64,000 bases of DNA from Bacteroidales bacterium. Lineage in GTDB: Bacteria; Bacteroidota; Bacteroidia; Bacteroidales; P3. The stretch's first letter is position 1; each line of letters begins with the position of its first letter. The stretch spans positions 3,774 to 67,773 of the forward strand of contig JAGBOF010000033.1 in the NCBI GenBank assembly GCA_017633985.1, written 5' to 3'. Position numbers and translations under genes: made by a program. Of this stretch, positions 35,898 through 44,632 are shown piece by piece. The notes beneath the pieces were generated by a model. That model ran no database searches. It saw nothing but the letters and a program-made list of their open reading frames with translations, and was not told the origin of the DNA.

Positions 35898-36305
35898 TTA
35901 TTTATTTACAACTTTCCCTTTTATTTTCAATATTGTTTTGCCGCCTTTGGCATTTGATTCAACCGTTATGGTTTTGTTTATAGGTCCTACATTGTTTGTG
36001 TTGTACTTAACTTTAATTGTAGCTGTTTGACCCGGCATTAAAGGTTCTTTACTCCAAGAAGGAACGGTGCAACCGCATGAAGAACGTACGTTTGTAAGCA
36101 TTAAAGGAGCTTTACCGGTGTTTTTGTAAACGAATTCGCAAATTCCGTTACCGCCTTTTTCCACTTCACCGTAATCATGTTCCATTTCCGTGAATGTAAT
36201 CTCGGCTTGAGTGCCTCCTGATACCTTTGCACCTGTTTTTTCCTGTGCATTAACTCCGAAAACTACTGCAAAAGTAAGCAGTACTGATAAAATCAATTTT
36301 TTCAT
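35898..36305 (-). CDS. DUF1573 domain protein
   Basis: 135 aa with a signal peptide and SSCGCT ... KVKYNT motifs typical of DUF1573. Confidence 0.75.
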   Translation of the reverse strand: MKKLILSVLLTFAVVFGVNAQEKTGAKVSGGTQAEITFTEMEHDYGEVEKGGNGICEFVYKNTGKAPLMLTNVRSSCGCTVPSWSKEPLMPGQTATIKVKYNTNNVGPINKTITVESNAKGGKTILKIKGKVVNK

Positions 36306-36340
36306 CGTATTTACTTTTTTTATTTATTAAACATTATATT

Positions 36341-36850
36341 TTATTGTTTCAAAATAACATTGCCCGTTAATAAAAACGTCAAACGCCGCTTATTCGGGTC
36401 ATTACTTAATAACGTTATACTGCGTTTTATTTCCCCTACGATATTTGTATTATATTTTACCGTAAGCAGGGAAGACCGCCCGGGAAGAATTGTCTTTGAT
36501 GATAAATCCATATCCACGCATTGGCATGAAGTTTCAATATCATATATTATTAATTCACCCGCTCCCGTATTGGTGATATTAAACACCGCAACTGCAGCAT
36601 CCCCTTGTAAAACATCTCCGTAATCAAAGAACAATTTGTCTGCATTTATTACGGGATTTCCATCCTTTGCCGTGGATCCCGTTCTGACTGCCGTTGTTTT
36701 ATTGCCGTCATTCTTTTTGAACAAGCGGGACAAAGAGAATTTTTTGTTGTTTTCTTTGTCGGGTTGTTGCGCAGACACACAAGGCATCAACAAAATCAAT
36801 GCCAAAATGTACAATATTACTTTAATATTTAACCTTTTTGCCGTAAACAT
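36341..36850 (-). CDS. DUF1573 domain protein (paralog)
   Basis: The start is set at MFTAKRLNIKV. It carries ETSCQCV ... TVKYNT motifs and lies in tandem with 35898-36305. Confidence 0.7.
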   Translation of the reverse strand: MFTAKRLNIKVILYILALILLMPCVSAQQPDKENNKKFSLSRLFKKNDGNKTTAVRTGSTAKDGNPVINADKLFFDYGDVLQGDAAVAVFNITNTGAGELIIYDIETSCQCVDMDLSSKTILPGRSSLLTVKYNTNIVGEIKRSITLLSNDPNKRRLTFLLTGNVILKQ

Positions 36851-36918
36851 ATCAAAATAATCAATCGGCAAAAATACAATAAAGTTTTGTATCAGCAAAG
36901 AATTTGACGGAAAATTAT

Positions 36919-36926
36919 TATATTTG
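36919..36926 (+). promoter_or_regulatory. -7 box TATATTTG (phosphatase gene)
   Basis: It lies inside the ORF-track extension and supports the ATG at 36949. Confidence 0.5.
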
Positions 36927-36948
36927 CATATTCAAACTACAAAAGATT

Positions 36949-37431
36949 ATGGATTTATTTAATAAAACTTCAATATTGTTCGTCTGTCTGGGAAATATAT
37001 GCCGTTCTCCTGCGGCAGAAGGAATATTAAAACAAAAGGCAGCGCAAAAAGGACTTGAAAATAATGTTTTTGTGGACTCTGCGGGCATAGGTGCTTGGCA
37101 TACTGGGCAATTACCTGATATGCGTATGAGACGCTGCGGAGAGAAAAACGGATATGATTTTTCTTCCAAGGCACGTCAAATCAAAAGAAAGGACTTTGAA
37201 AGGTTTGATTATATAATTGTCATGGATGATGATAATTACCGTGATGTTAAGATGATTGCCCCGACAAGCGGAGCAATGAATAAAGTTCATTATATACGTG
37301 AATATTTCAATAAATACAAATCCCAACAATCCGTTCCCGATCCTTATTACGGCAAAGAGGAAGATTTTCAGTTTGCAGTGGATTTGCTGGAAGATGCATG
37401 TGAGGGAATAATACAGCAGTTACTTATATAA
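36949..37431 (+). CDS. Low-molecular-weight protein-tyrosine phosphatase
   Basis: It has the CLGNICRSP P-loop (C.....RS) near the N-terminus and a DPYY motif near the C-terminus. Confidence 0.85.
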   Translation: MDLFNKTSILFVCLGNICRSPAAEGILKQKAAQKGLENNVFVDSAGIGAWHTGQLPDMRMRRCGEKNGYDFSSKARQIKRKDFERFDYIIVMDDDNYRDVKMIAPTSGAMNKVHYIREYFNKYKSQQSVPDPYYGKEEDFQFAVDLLEDACEGIIQQLLI

Positions 37432-37442
37432 TATATGTAAGA

Positions 37443-37485
37443 AAACAAAAGTTCCGAACCGTGTGCAGGTTCGGAACTTTTGTTT
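37443..37485. terminator. Bidirectional intrinsic terminator
   Basis: Perfect 18-bp stem AAACAAAAGTTCCGAACC/GGTTCGGAACTTTTGTTT with a 7-nt loop. It lies between convergent genes. Confidence 0.8.
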
Positions 37486-38518
37486 AAGGTAATTCATCAA
37501 AGCCTTCGCCTAATGTTTCCGTATTGTTGATAATCGTTATAAAACATTTAGGATCTATTTTCTTTGCGTTATATTTTATTTTGTTGTATTCACGTTTGTT
37601 TACCGTGGTATATATCATGTTTTTCTCTGTGTTAAGATACATGCCTTTACCCTTGAATACCGTTCCGCTGCGTTCCAGATCGGTTAATATCAATTGCTTC
37701 ATTCCTTCTATATTGTCGGTGATTATCAGCATGGTCTTATTTACTTTGTTGTCAACTACCATATCTATTACCTTGCTTTCCACAAATATAAGTATTATAG
37801 AGAACATCGGCAAACGTATGTCACCGCCTACAGCAAAAGATGTAAGAGCTACTGCCGAGTCTACCGTCATTACTACCGTGCCTAACGGAATGTGCGTAGA
37901 TTTGTGCAGAATCATTGACACTACATCCATACCTCCTGAAGTGGCACCCGAAGAAAATATCATTGCTATGGAAACTCCGTAAGCCAATCCTCCGACAACG
38001 GAATTTAAAAGATAGTCAGGTTTGAAGTATTGCAACACAGTATCGTTGCCGCTTCCCCTTACAGGCAGATAAAGCTCCTTAATTTGGTCGGTAAGCATGT
38101 TAAAAGTGTCTGTGTTTATGAATTCACCCGAATGAATAAGCGGTATGTAGCCCATTTGCGGTATATAAAAAATAGTTTCTGCCAAATAAGTAAACAACCA
38201 TGTGAAAATAACGGATACAAGCGTTTTGATGCCGAAATTACCGCCCAAAACAACCAAACCTAATATAAATAAAGGTAAATCCATCAGTATGACGATGTCC
38301 ATAGGCCATCCCCAAAGGTTGTTAAATACCGACATCAAACCGTAAACACCCCCGGGAGCTAAACCGTAAGGCACTACAAACAATAAATCAGCCAAGGCGA
38401 AAATAAAACATCCGAAAATAATTTTACCGTATGCGGTATACCATTGTTTGGAAAACGGTTTTTCGGCTTCGGACATGAAGTTTTTGAACCAAGAAGAAAT
38501 TTTGCCGTTGTTAGTCAT
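37484..38518 (-). CDS. YitT family membrane protein (DUF2179 C-terminal domain)
   Basis: 344 aa with multiple TM helices carrying GG-rich motifs, then a soluble C-terminal domain (MLIITDN ... GTVFKGKGMY ... ). Confidence 0.75.
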   Translation of the reverse strand: MTNNGKISSWFKNFMSEAEKPFSKQWYTAYGKIIFGCFIFALADLLFVVPYGLAPGGVYGLMSVFNNLWGWPMDIVILMDLPLFILGLVVLGGNFGIKTLVSVIFTWLFTYLAETIFYIPQMGYIPLIHSGEFINTDTFNMLTDQIKELYLPVRGSGNDTVLQYFKPDYLLNSVVGGLAYGVSIAMIFSSGATSGGMDVVSMILHKSTHIPLGTVVMTVDSAVALTSFAVGGDIRLPMFSIILIFVESKVIDMVVDNKVNKTMLIITDNIEGMKQLILTDLERSGTVFKGKGMYLNTEKNMIYTTVNKREYNKIKYNAKKIDPKCFITIINNTETLGEGFDELP

Positions 38519-38567
38519 TATTTTTATTTTTTTAATAAGTGAATGAATGTTATTTTTTTATTTTTTG

Positions 38568-38575
38568 CAAAATTA
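38568..38575 (-). promoter_or_regulatory. -7 box TAATTTTG (yitT-like gene)
   Basis: The reverse complement of caaaatta, about 50 nt upstream of the ATG at 38518. Confidence 0.5.
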
Positions 38576-38601
38576 CAACAATTATTCCGATTGGCAAAAT
38601 A

Positions 38602-38638
38602 AAAGTATTCCGCAGACATTTGGCCTACGGAATACTTT
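38602..38638 (-). terminator. Rubredoxin gene terminator
   Basis: Stem AAAGTATTCCG/CGGAATACTTT, followed on the minus strand by TATTTTGCC. Confidence 0.65.
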
Positions 38639-38679
38639 CTTTTGCATTATCGGCAATGCCGACAGGTTATTTGCGGATA

Positions 38680-38838
38680 TTAACGTTTTTCAAAATCGCT
38701 TTTACCTACACCGCAAACAGGACATACCCAATCATCAGGGATGTCTTCAAACTTTGTACCCGGAGCAATTCCGCTTTCAGGGTCACCGACAGCAGGATTG
38801 TAGATATAACCGCATGTCATGCATTCATAAGTGTCCAT
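38680..38838 (-). CDS. Rubredoxin
   Basis: 52 aa counted from [15 protein letters not shown], with two CxxC pairs (CMTC, CPVC) and the WVCP motif. Confidence 0.9.
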   Translation of the reverse strand: MDTYECMTCGYIYNPAVGDPESGIAPGTKFEDIPDDWVCPVCGVGKSDFEKR

Positions 38839-38877
38839 AATGTTAATGTGTTTTAAGTTTAATAGAATTTTACGGTG

Positions 38878-38885
38878 CAAAGATA
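38878..38885 (-). promoter_or_regulatory. -7 box TATCTTTG (rubredoxin)
   Basis: It overlaps the first codon of the ORF-track N-terminal extension (38839-38880), so it supports the ATG at 38838. Confidence 0.55.
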
Positions 38886-39020
38886 TGTAAATTATTTTAT
38901 ATATGCGGTAATATTGACATCGGTTTTTATTTTTGACGTCATATTTCCTTATTTTTTATGCAAGAAACAGCGGAAAATTTTGGCACTTGAATCGTGTTGT
39001 GAATCAATTCGTTGCGACAA

Positions 39021-39100
39021 GACGCCGTTTGGTAAAAATAAAACGGCGTTTTAATAAATTAATCACGCAGAATATTTTATTAAAACGCCTGATTATTTCG
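39021..39100. repeat. 21-nt phased GC-core/AT-linker array
   Basis: ACGCCGTTT/AAACGGCGT forms a hairpin (39022-39050). It is followed by TTAATCACGCAGAATATTTTATTAAAACGCCTGATTATTT. Confidence 0.75.
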
Positions 39101-39155
39101 ACGGGAAGGCGTGTCGTTTTTTTAGATTGGTATATTGATTGAATAAAAAGCAAAA

Positions 39156-39183
39156 CAGGCGGACATTTTTGTCTGTCCGCCTG
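39156..39183 (-). terminator. hppA intrinsic terminator
   Basis: Perfect 10-bp stem CAGGCGGACA/TGTCCGCCTG, followed on the minus strand by TTTTGCTTTTT. Confidence 0.75.
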
Positions 39184-39206
39184 AAGAAAAATAGACAAGA
39201 AAATTA

Positions 39207-41630
39207 TTATTTCTTATATTGTTTTACTATGTTTTCCATAGTGTCGTCTATTCTCATCTTATAGAACGAGCGCCATACGAAAACAACAGCTGTAAGCACG
39301 AAGATGATTCCGAAATACGGAGCCATATCTCTGAAACTTTCGCTTATAGCCATTTCCATAGCCAACAGACCGAACAAAGTCGTGAATTTGATGATAGGGT
39401 TCAATGATACGGAAGAAGTATCTTTGAAAGGATCTCCCACAGTGTCTCCCACAACCGATGCATCATGCAAATCAGTGCCTTTTAATGCCAAATCAACTTC
39501 GACAACCTTCTTGCTGTTGTCCCAGCTTCCGCCTGCGTTAGCCATAAACACTGCCTGGAACAATCCGAACATTGCTATGGAAATCAGATATGATACAAAC
39601 AAGCTCACTGCATTGCTTCCGCCGATACCCGCAGGTGAAGCCAAGCATGCAAATCCCAATGCAAAGAAGAAAATAGCCAAGAAGATGTTCCACATTCCCT
39701 TTTGTGCGTATTGTGTACATATTTTAACGACTTCAACGCTTGATTTAGGATCCGCTTTTTTAGGAGCGTTAGGGTCAAGTTTGATATGGTCTTTGATAAA
39801 TGCCACTGCACGGTTGGCACCTACGGTAACAGCCTGTGTGGATGCACCCGTAAACCAATAGATAACACATCCGCCTAAAATAAATCCTAATATTGTGTAA
39901 GGGTTAAGAAGGTTTAGTATCTCTGCAGGATTAACTCCCAAAACGTTTTGGATAACCAAGATGATGGAGAATATCATTGTCGTTGCACCAACGACAGCCG
40001 TGCCGATAAGAACAGGTTTTGCGGTTGCCTTGAATGTGTTGCCCGCTCCGTCATTCTGTTCCAAATAATATTTACTCTTTTCCCAATCAGGTTTAAAGCC
40101 GAATTCTTTTTCTATTTCTTCGTCTTTGTTCGGTTCGTCTTCTATCAAAGATAATTCATATACGCTTTGGGCGTTGTCAGTTACAGGTCCGTAAGAGTCA
40201 ACAGCTATTGTGACTGGTCCCATTCCCAACATACCGAAAGCAACCAATCCGAAAGCAAAGATAGCAGGGTAGGACATCATTTCTCCGCAGATGTTTACGC
40301 TCAATACGTATGATAAGAACATAAGGATTACGAAAACCAATCCCGTCCAAAAGCCCGAGAAATTACCCGTAACGAATCCCGAAAGAATATTCAGCGATGC
40401 GCCGCCGTGATGTGATGCTTTTACAACCTCCTGAACGTGTCCGCTGTGCGGTGAAGTGAATACTTTTGTGATTTCCGGGATAACTGCAGCACCTATTGTG
40501 CCTAATGAAATAATGCAAGCCAACAAACACCACAATCCGTTACCCAAATGTCCCAATTGGAAATAAGATACGATAAACGTAACTGCGATACTCAATATAG
40601 AAGCAATCCATATAAGGTTTGTAAGAGGTTTTTCAAAATCAAGATCTTCCGTTTTGCTGTATTTTGCTTTAGATATACCGTTATTAATCCAGAATGCGAC
40701 AACGGAAGTAATCACCATAAGAATACGCATTGAGAATATCCATACAAGCAAATCCCTTTGTATCATCGGGTCTTTCACTGCCAATAATATAAATGATACC
40801 AAAGCAACACCCGTTACGCCGTAAGTTTCAAATCCGTCAGCCGTCGGTCCTATTGAATCTCCTGCATTATCTCCCGTACAATCTGCAATAACTCCCGGAT
40901 TACGCGGATCATCCTCTCCAATCTTGAATACTACTTTCATAAGATCGGAACCTATGTCGGCAATCTTTGTAAATATACCGCCTGCTATACGTAATGCAGA
41001 TGCTCCTAAACTCTCTCCTATAGCAAAACCTATGAAACAGCTGCCTGCTAAATGTGTCGGCATGCACAAAAGAATGATTAACATCAAAAATAGTTCTACG
41101 CAAACCAACATAACGCCTATTGACATTCCTGCATTCAACGGTATGTTCAACAGTTTAAGCGGTTGTTTTCTCAAAGATGCGAAAGCCATTCTTGCATTTG
41201 CGAAAGTGTTCATACGGATTCCGTAAGCGGCAACACCGTATGAGCCCAAGATTCCCACAACTGTCCAAAACAAAATAAGCAATACGCCTCCTATACCTGC
41301 ATTGTTTTCTGCCAATACGCCAAAGTATATAGCTACAATCACGCCTATAAATATAAACAATGTAGCAAGGAACTTACCTTGTTGTTTCAAATAAGTGGAA
41401 CAGGTTTTGTAAATAACCTCACCTATTTCCAGCATCTTCTTGTGAACGGGAAGCTTTTTTGTTTTAATAAAGTGGTACATACCGAACAGAAATCCGAGTA
41501 CCGTAACTAAAAATCCCCAATGCAAAAAACTAAATTCGTGGATGGCATCAGGGATTACTAAATCTGCTTCGCTTGCAAATAATGCACTTGCAGGGGCGAG
41601 CGATAACAGTAATGTGATAATTTTTTTCAT
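39207..41630 (-). CDS. hppA: Membrane-bound cation-translocating pyrophosphatase
   Basis: About 807 aa counted from MKKIITLL and polytopic. It has diagnostic motifs GGIFTKIADIGSDL, DCTGDNAGD, NTFKATAKP and GDTVGDPFKD. Confidence 0.95.
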   Translation of the reverse strand: MKKIITLLLSLAPASALFASEADLVIPDAIHEFSFLHWGFLVTVLGFLFGMYHFIKTKKLPVHKKMLEIGEVIYKTCSTYLKQQGKFLATLFIFIGVIVAIYFGVLAENNAGIGGVLLILFWTVVGILGSYGVAAYGIRMNTFANARMAFASLRKQPLKLLNIPLNAGMSIGVMLVCVELFLMLIILLCMPTHLAGSCFIGFAIGESLGASALRIAGGIFTKIADIGSDLMKVVFKIGEDDPRNPGVIADCTGDNAGDSIGPTADGFETYGVTGVALVSFILLAVKDPMIQRDLLVWIFSMRILMVITSVVAFWINNGISKAKYSKTEDLDFEKPLTNLIWIASILSIAVTFIVSYFQLGHLGNGLWCLLACIISLGTIGAAVIPEITKVFTSPHSGHVQEVVKASHHGGASLNILSGFVTGNFSGFWTGLVFVILMFLSYVLSVNICGEMMSYPAIFAFGLVAFGMLGMGPVTIAVDSYGPVTDNAQSVYELSLIEDEPNKDEEIEKEFGFKPDWEKSKYYLEQNDGAGNTFKATAKPVLIGTAVVGATTMIFSIILVIQNVLGVNPAEILNLLNPYTILGFILGGCVIYWFTGASTQAVTVGANRAVAFIKDHIKLDPNAPKKADPKSSVEVVKICTQYAQKGMWNIFLAIFFFALGFACLASPAGIGGSNAVSLFVSYLISIAMFGLFQAVFMANAGGSWDNSKKVVEVDLALKGTDLHDASVVGDTVGDPFKDTSSVSLNPIIKFTTLFGLLAMEMAISESFRDMAPYFGIIFVLTAVVFVWRSFYKMRIDDTMENIVKQYKK

Positions 41631-41719
41631 TGTTTTATGTTTATTTATTATTATTTTCAGTATCAGTAACAAAATGTGAATTCAGTACAGAGGTTAAACA
41701 GATGTAGTAAATTCAACTG

Positions 41720-41727
41720 CAAATTTA
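41720..41727 (-). promoter_or_regulatory. -7 box TAAATTTG (hppA)
   Basis: The reverse complement of caaattta, about 90 nt upstream of the ATG at 41630. Confidence 0.45.
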
Positions 41728-41844
41728 GAAATTTTTTTATAAAATCCAATGAAAAAACCGAAAAAACTGTGAAAAATATTTTAAATGCAACCTTTTTCTG
41801 GGATTTTACGTTTAATTAATATCATACAAAAACATGTTACGGCG

Positions 41845-42432
41845 ATGGATAGGATAAAGATGATTGTTAAAGATTTGAGAGAATCGAAAATAAAAAATTT
41901 TTATGATTTAATTTTATTGGAAGAAGACGGTGCAAGGGCTGTTAATATTTCCATAGGGGAAAGTGAAGCGGGTAACATGGCTGTTTTTTTAGATAATATA
42001 CCTGTTCCGCGTCCTTTAACGTATGATATTTTCAATGATATTCTTAAAAAATATAATGTACAAATAAAAGAAGTTGTCATAAACAATTTTTATGACGGTA
42101 ATTTTTATGCAAATATTGTCACCGAACATAACGGAGAAAAGCAAAGTTTTGACATACGGCCTTCGGATGCGTTGAACATGGCTTTAAGAGCGGGTTGTCC
42201 TGTTTTTTCATTACCTAATGTTATAGAGGATGCAGGTTTTGATTATTGCAAACTGTTTTTTGAAGATACCATGACCCCTTCTGAAGAAACAATTGAGAAT
42301 ATAGACAATTTATCCATATTCGGTATAAATATGTTACAGGATTTGCTTAAAGATGCTTTGGCAAAAGAAGATTATGTGACAGCATCCATTCTCAGGGACA
42401 AGATAAACAATCTCAATAAAGAGGAGAAATAA
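41845..42432 (+). CDS. Bifunctional nuclease (BFN/DUF151) family protein with a C-terminal UVR motif
   Basis: It has a BFN-like core (ISIGESEA ... RPLTYD ... RPSDALNMALR) and a C-terminal acidic helix, EDYVTASILRDKINNL, typical of UvrB/C motifs. Confidence 0.7.
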   Translation: MDRIKMIVKDLRESKIKNFYDLILLEEDGARAVNISIGESEAGNMAVFLDNIPVPRPLTYDIFNDILKKYNVQIKEVVINNFYDGNFYANIVTEHNGEKQSFDIRPSDALNMALRAGCPVFSLPNVIEDAGFDYCKLFFEDTMTPSEETIENIDNLSIFGINMLQDLLKDALAKEDYVTASILRDKINNLNKEEK

Positions 42433-42521
42433 ACGTTTTCGGTATTGTTGCGGCAGATTGTTTAGCTGTATTTCACGGGTATATAAAGAAATAAATTTTG
42501 CACGGTTTAAATAAAAATTCT

Positions 42522-42529
42522 TATCTTTG
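42522..42529 (+). promoter_or_regulatory. -7 box TATCTTTG (sufD-like gene)
   Basis: TAnnTTTG match about 30 nt upstream of the ATG at 42560. Confidence 0.55.
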
Positions 42530-42559
42530 CACATTGAAAATGTAAAACACGGATTTTAA

Positions 42560-43600
42560 ATGGCCACAAATGATAATATTTGCGAATGTTTCGCATGTGA
42601 TATACCGTCATTGGATACGATTAAAATAAAAAAGCATAACGGTAAATTTTCTTTTAAAGACACTGCGGTTTTTAACTGCCTTAAAGAGCAGATAAGTATT
42701 TCTGCCGATAAGGATAACCATTGTACCCTTACAGTTAAAGACAATACCGAAATATTACGACCAATACAGATAATAAATTTGCTTGATTCCGAAATATCAG
42801 ATGATACGGAGACAATGACCGATATTGTTGTCGGAGAGAATTCAAGTGTTACCTTCTTATATTGTGACGACACTTTGCCCAAAACACAAACCAGTCTGAC
42901 TAACGGCATAAATATAGAACTCAAAAGCAATGCCAGTGCGGCATTTTATAAGATGGAGAACGTGAACAATTTTACTGCCGTAAGCTCCTCTCTTTATTTT
43001 AAACTTAATGAAGGTTCCGTTTTAACGGCATTCTTTATTACTCTTAACGGAGGCAAACTTACCAACAGGATACGCACGGATTTTAAAGGGCAAAGGGCTT
43101 CTGCCGATCTTAACGGACTGTATCTTATGGACAGACAGCAAAGCGTGGAAACCGAAGTGGAAGTTAATCATTATGAAAGCAATTGTAAAAGTACCCAATT
43201 ATTCAAAGGTATTTTGGATGACGAAGCTAAAGCCGCTTTTGTGGGTCATATTTTGGTTGATTACGATGCCAGCGGAAACGATGCGCGGCAAACAAACAAC
43301 AATATACTTCTTACCGATAAGGCAAAGGTAAATACACGTCCCGTATTGGAGATTTACAACGATGATGTGCAATGTTCCCACGGAGCAACGACTGGTCAGT
43401 TGGATGAACAGGCTCTTTATTATCTTCGTTCACGCGGAATAAGTTCCAAACAGGCGAAAATGTTGCTTATGAATGCTTTTTGCCAAGGTGTTATAGCCAA
43501 AAGTGAAATAAAGGAACTCAAAGAAGGTCTTTCGTCATTGATTCAAAGACGTTTGGAGGGTGAGTTAAGTATGGAAAACCCTTTTAAAATAAATCTTTAA
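42560..43600 (+). CDS. SufD-like Fe-S cluster assembly protein (short, stand-alone)
   Basis: The C-terminal beta-helix region matches SufB/SufD (NNILLTDKAKVNTRPVLEIYNDDVQCSHGATTGQLDEQALYYLRSRGI). The N-terminus is short and has a CECFAC motif. Confidence 0.65.
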   Translation: MATNDNICECFACDIPSLDTIKIKKHNGKFSFKDTAVFNCLKEQISISADKDNHCTLTVKDNTEILRPIQIINLLDSEISDDTETMTDIVVGENSSVTFLYCDDTLPKTQTSLTNGINIELKSNASAAFYKMENVNNFTAVSSSLYFKLNEGSVLTAFFITLNGGKLTNRIRTDFKGQRASADLNGLYLMDRQQSVETEVEVNHYESNCKSTQLFKGILDDEAKAAFVGHILVDYDASGNDARQTNNNILLTDKAKVNTRPVLEIYNDDVQCSHGATTGQLDEQALYYLRSRGISSKQAKMLLMNAFCQGVIAKSEIKELKEGLSSLIQRRLEGELSMENPFKINL

Positions 43601-43617
43601 CACCTTTTAATTTATTT

Positions 43618-44511
43618 ATGACGATAGCTATTTACGGGAAAGTCCCGCAAAACCCGCAGGACAGGCAATTAATCAAATCCTTATTTGAACATCTGGCAGA
43701 GGTTTATGATAAGATTCTTGTATGGCAGCCGTTTTTTGATTCCGTAAAGGATGTGCTGTCCGTAAAATCATGTATTGTTACATTTAATACTAAAGAAGAG
43801 ATAAAAAATTCGGTGAAAATTCTTCTGTCTTTGGGCGGTGACGGAACCATGCTTGATACGGTTGATTATGTAATAGGAACCGATATTGCGGTATTGGGTG
43901 TTAATCTCGGACATTTGGGTTTCCTTACAACGGCAGGCAGAGAGGATATAAAGAATCTTGTTAAAGAAATAACGTGTAATGACTTTACCATAGAAAAGCG
44001 CCCGATACTTGAGGCGGAATATCCTGCACAGATAACGGGCAGGCGGTTTGCGGTCAATGAAGCCTGTTTTCTTTCCACCAATAGGGGAAGTATAATAGAT
44101 TTGGAAGTGTTTGTAAACGGTAAATACGTTTCTACATATTCTGCCGACGGAATTATCGTAGCCACTCCTACGGGATCGACCGCATATTCAATGTCTGCAG
44201 GAGGACCTATCATAACTCCCGAAAGCAAATGCTTGTGTCTTACTCCCGTTGCGCCGCATAATCTTACCTTCCGTCCCGTAATAATTTCCCAAAGCGATGT
44301 GATAAAAGTAAGAATACCCGATACAGACAATCCGTGTAAGATGTTATTGGACGGATATTCCGTTTTCGAGCAGTCAAAAGGGGAGGTAGAGATACGCAAA
44401 TCCGAATACGATTGGAATCTTGTGAGATTGGGAGACCAAGACTTCTATTCATCATTGCGGAACAAGTTGATGTGGGGACAAACCCCTAAATTTTTAACCG
44501 GAAATATGTAA
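43618..44511 (+). CDS. nadK: NAD(+) kinase
   Basis: 297 aa with GGDGTML, NLGHLGFL and ATPTGSTAYS motifs. Confidence 0.9.
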   Translation: MTIAIYGKVPQNPQDRQLIKSLFEHLAEVYDKILVWQPFFDSVKDVLSVKSCIVTFNTKEEIKNSVKILLSLGGDGTMLDTVDYVIGTDIAVLGVNLGHLGFLTTAGREDIKNLVKEITCNDFTIEKRPILEAEYPAQITGRRFAVNEACFLSTNRGSIIDLEVFVNGKYVSTYSADGIIVATPTGSTAYSMSAGGPIITPESKCLCLTPVAPHNLTFRPVIISQSDVIKVRIPDTDNPCKMLLDGYSVFEQSKGEVEIRKSEYDWNLVRLGDQDFYSSLRNKLMWGQTPKFLTGNM

Positions 44512-44523
44512 TTGATTTTTCGT

Positions 44524-44612
44524 GGCGCCGTTTTACGAAAATAATCAGCGAGATTAATAAAATAATCAGCGAGATTAATTTTTTAATCTCGCTGATTATT
44601 TTAGCGTTTTGT
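44524..44612. repeat. 21-nt phased array containing a perfect 18-bp hairpin
   Basis: AATAATCAGCGAGATTAA occurs as a direct copy (44540-44557). It occurs again at 44561-44578, where it pairs with TTAATCTCGCTGATTATT (44583-44600). The cores are 21 nt apart. Confidence 0.8.
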
Positions 44613-44632
44613 AATTATATGAAAATCAGATG

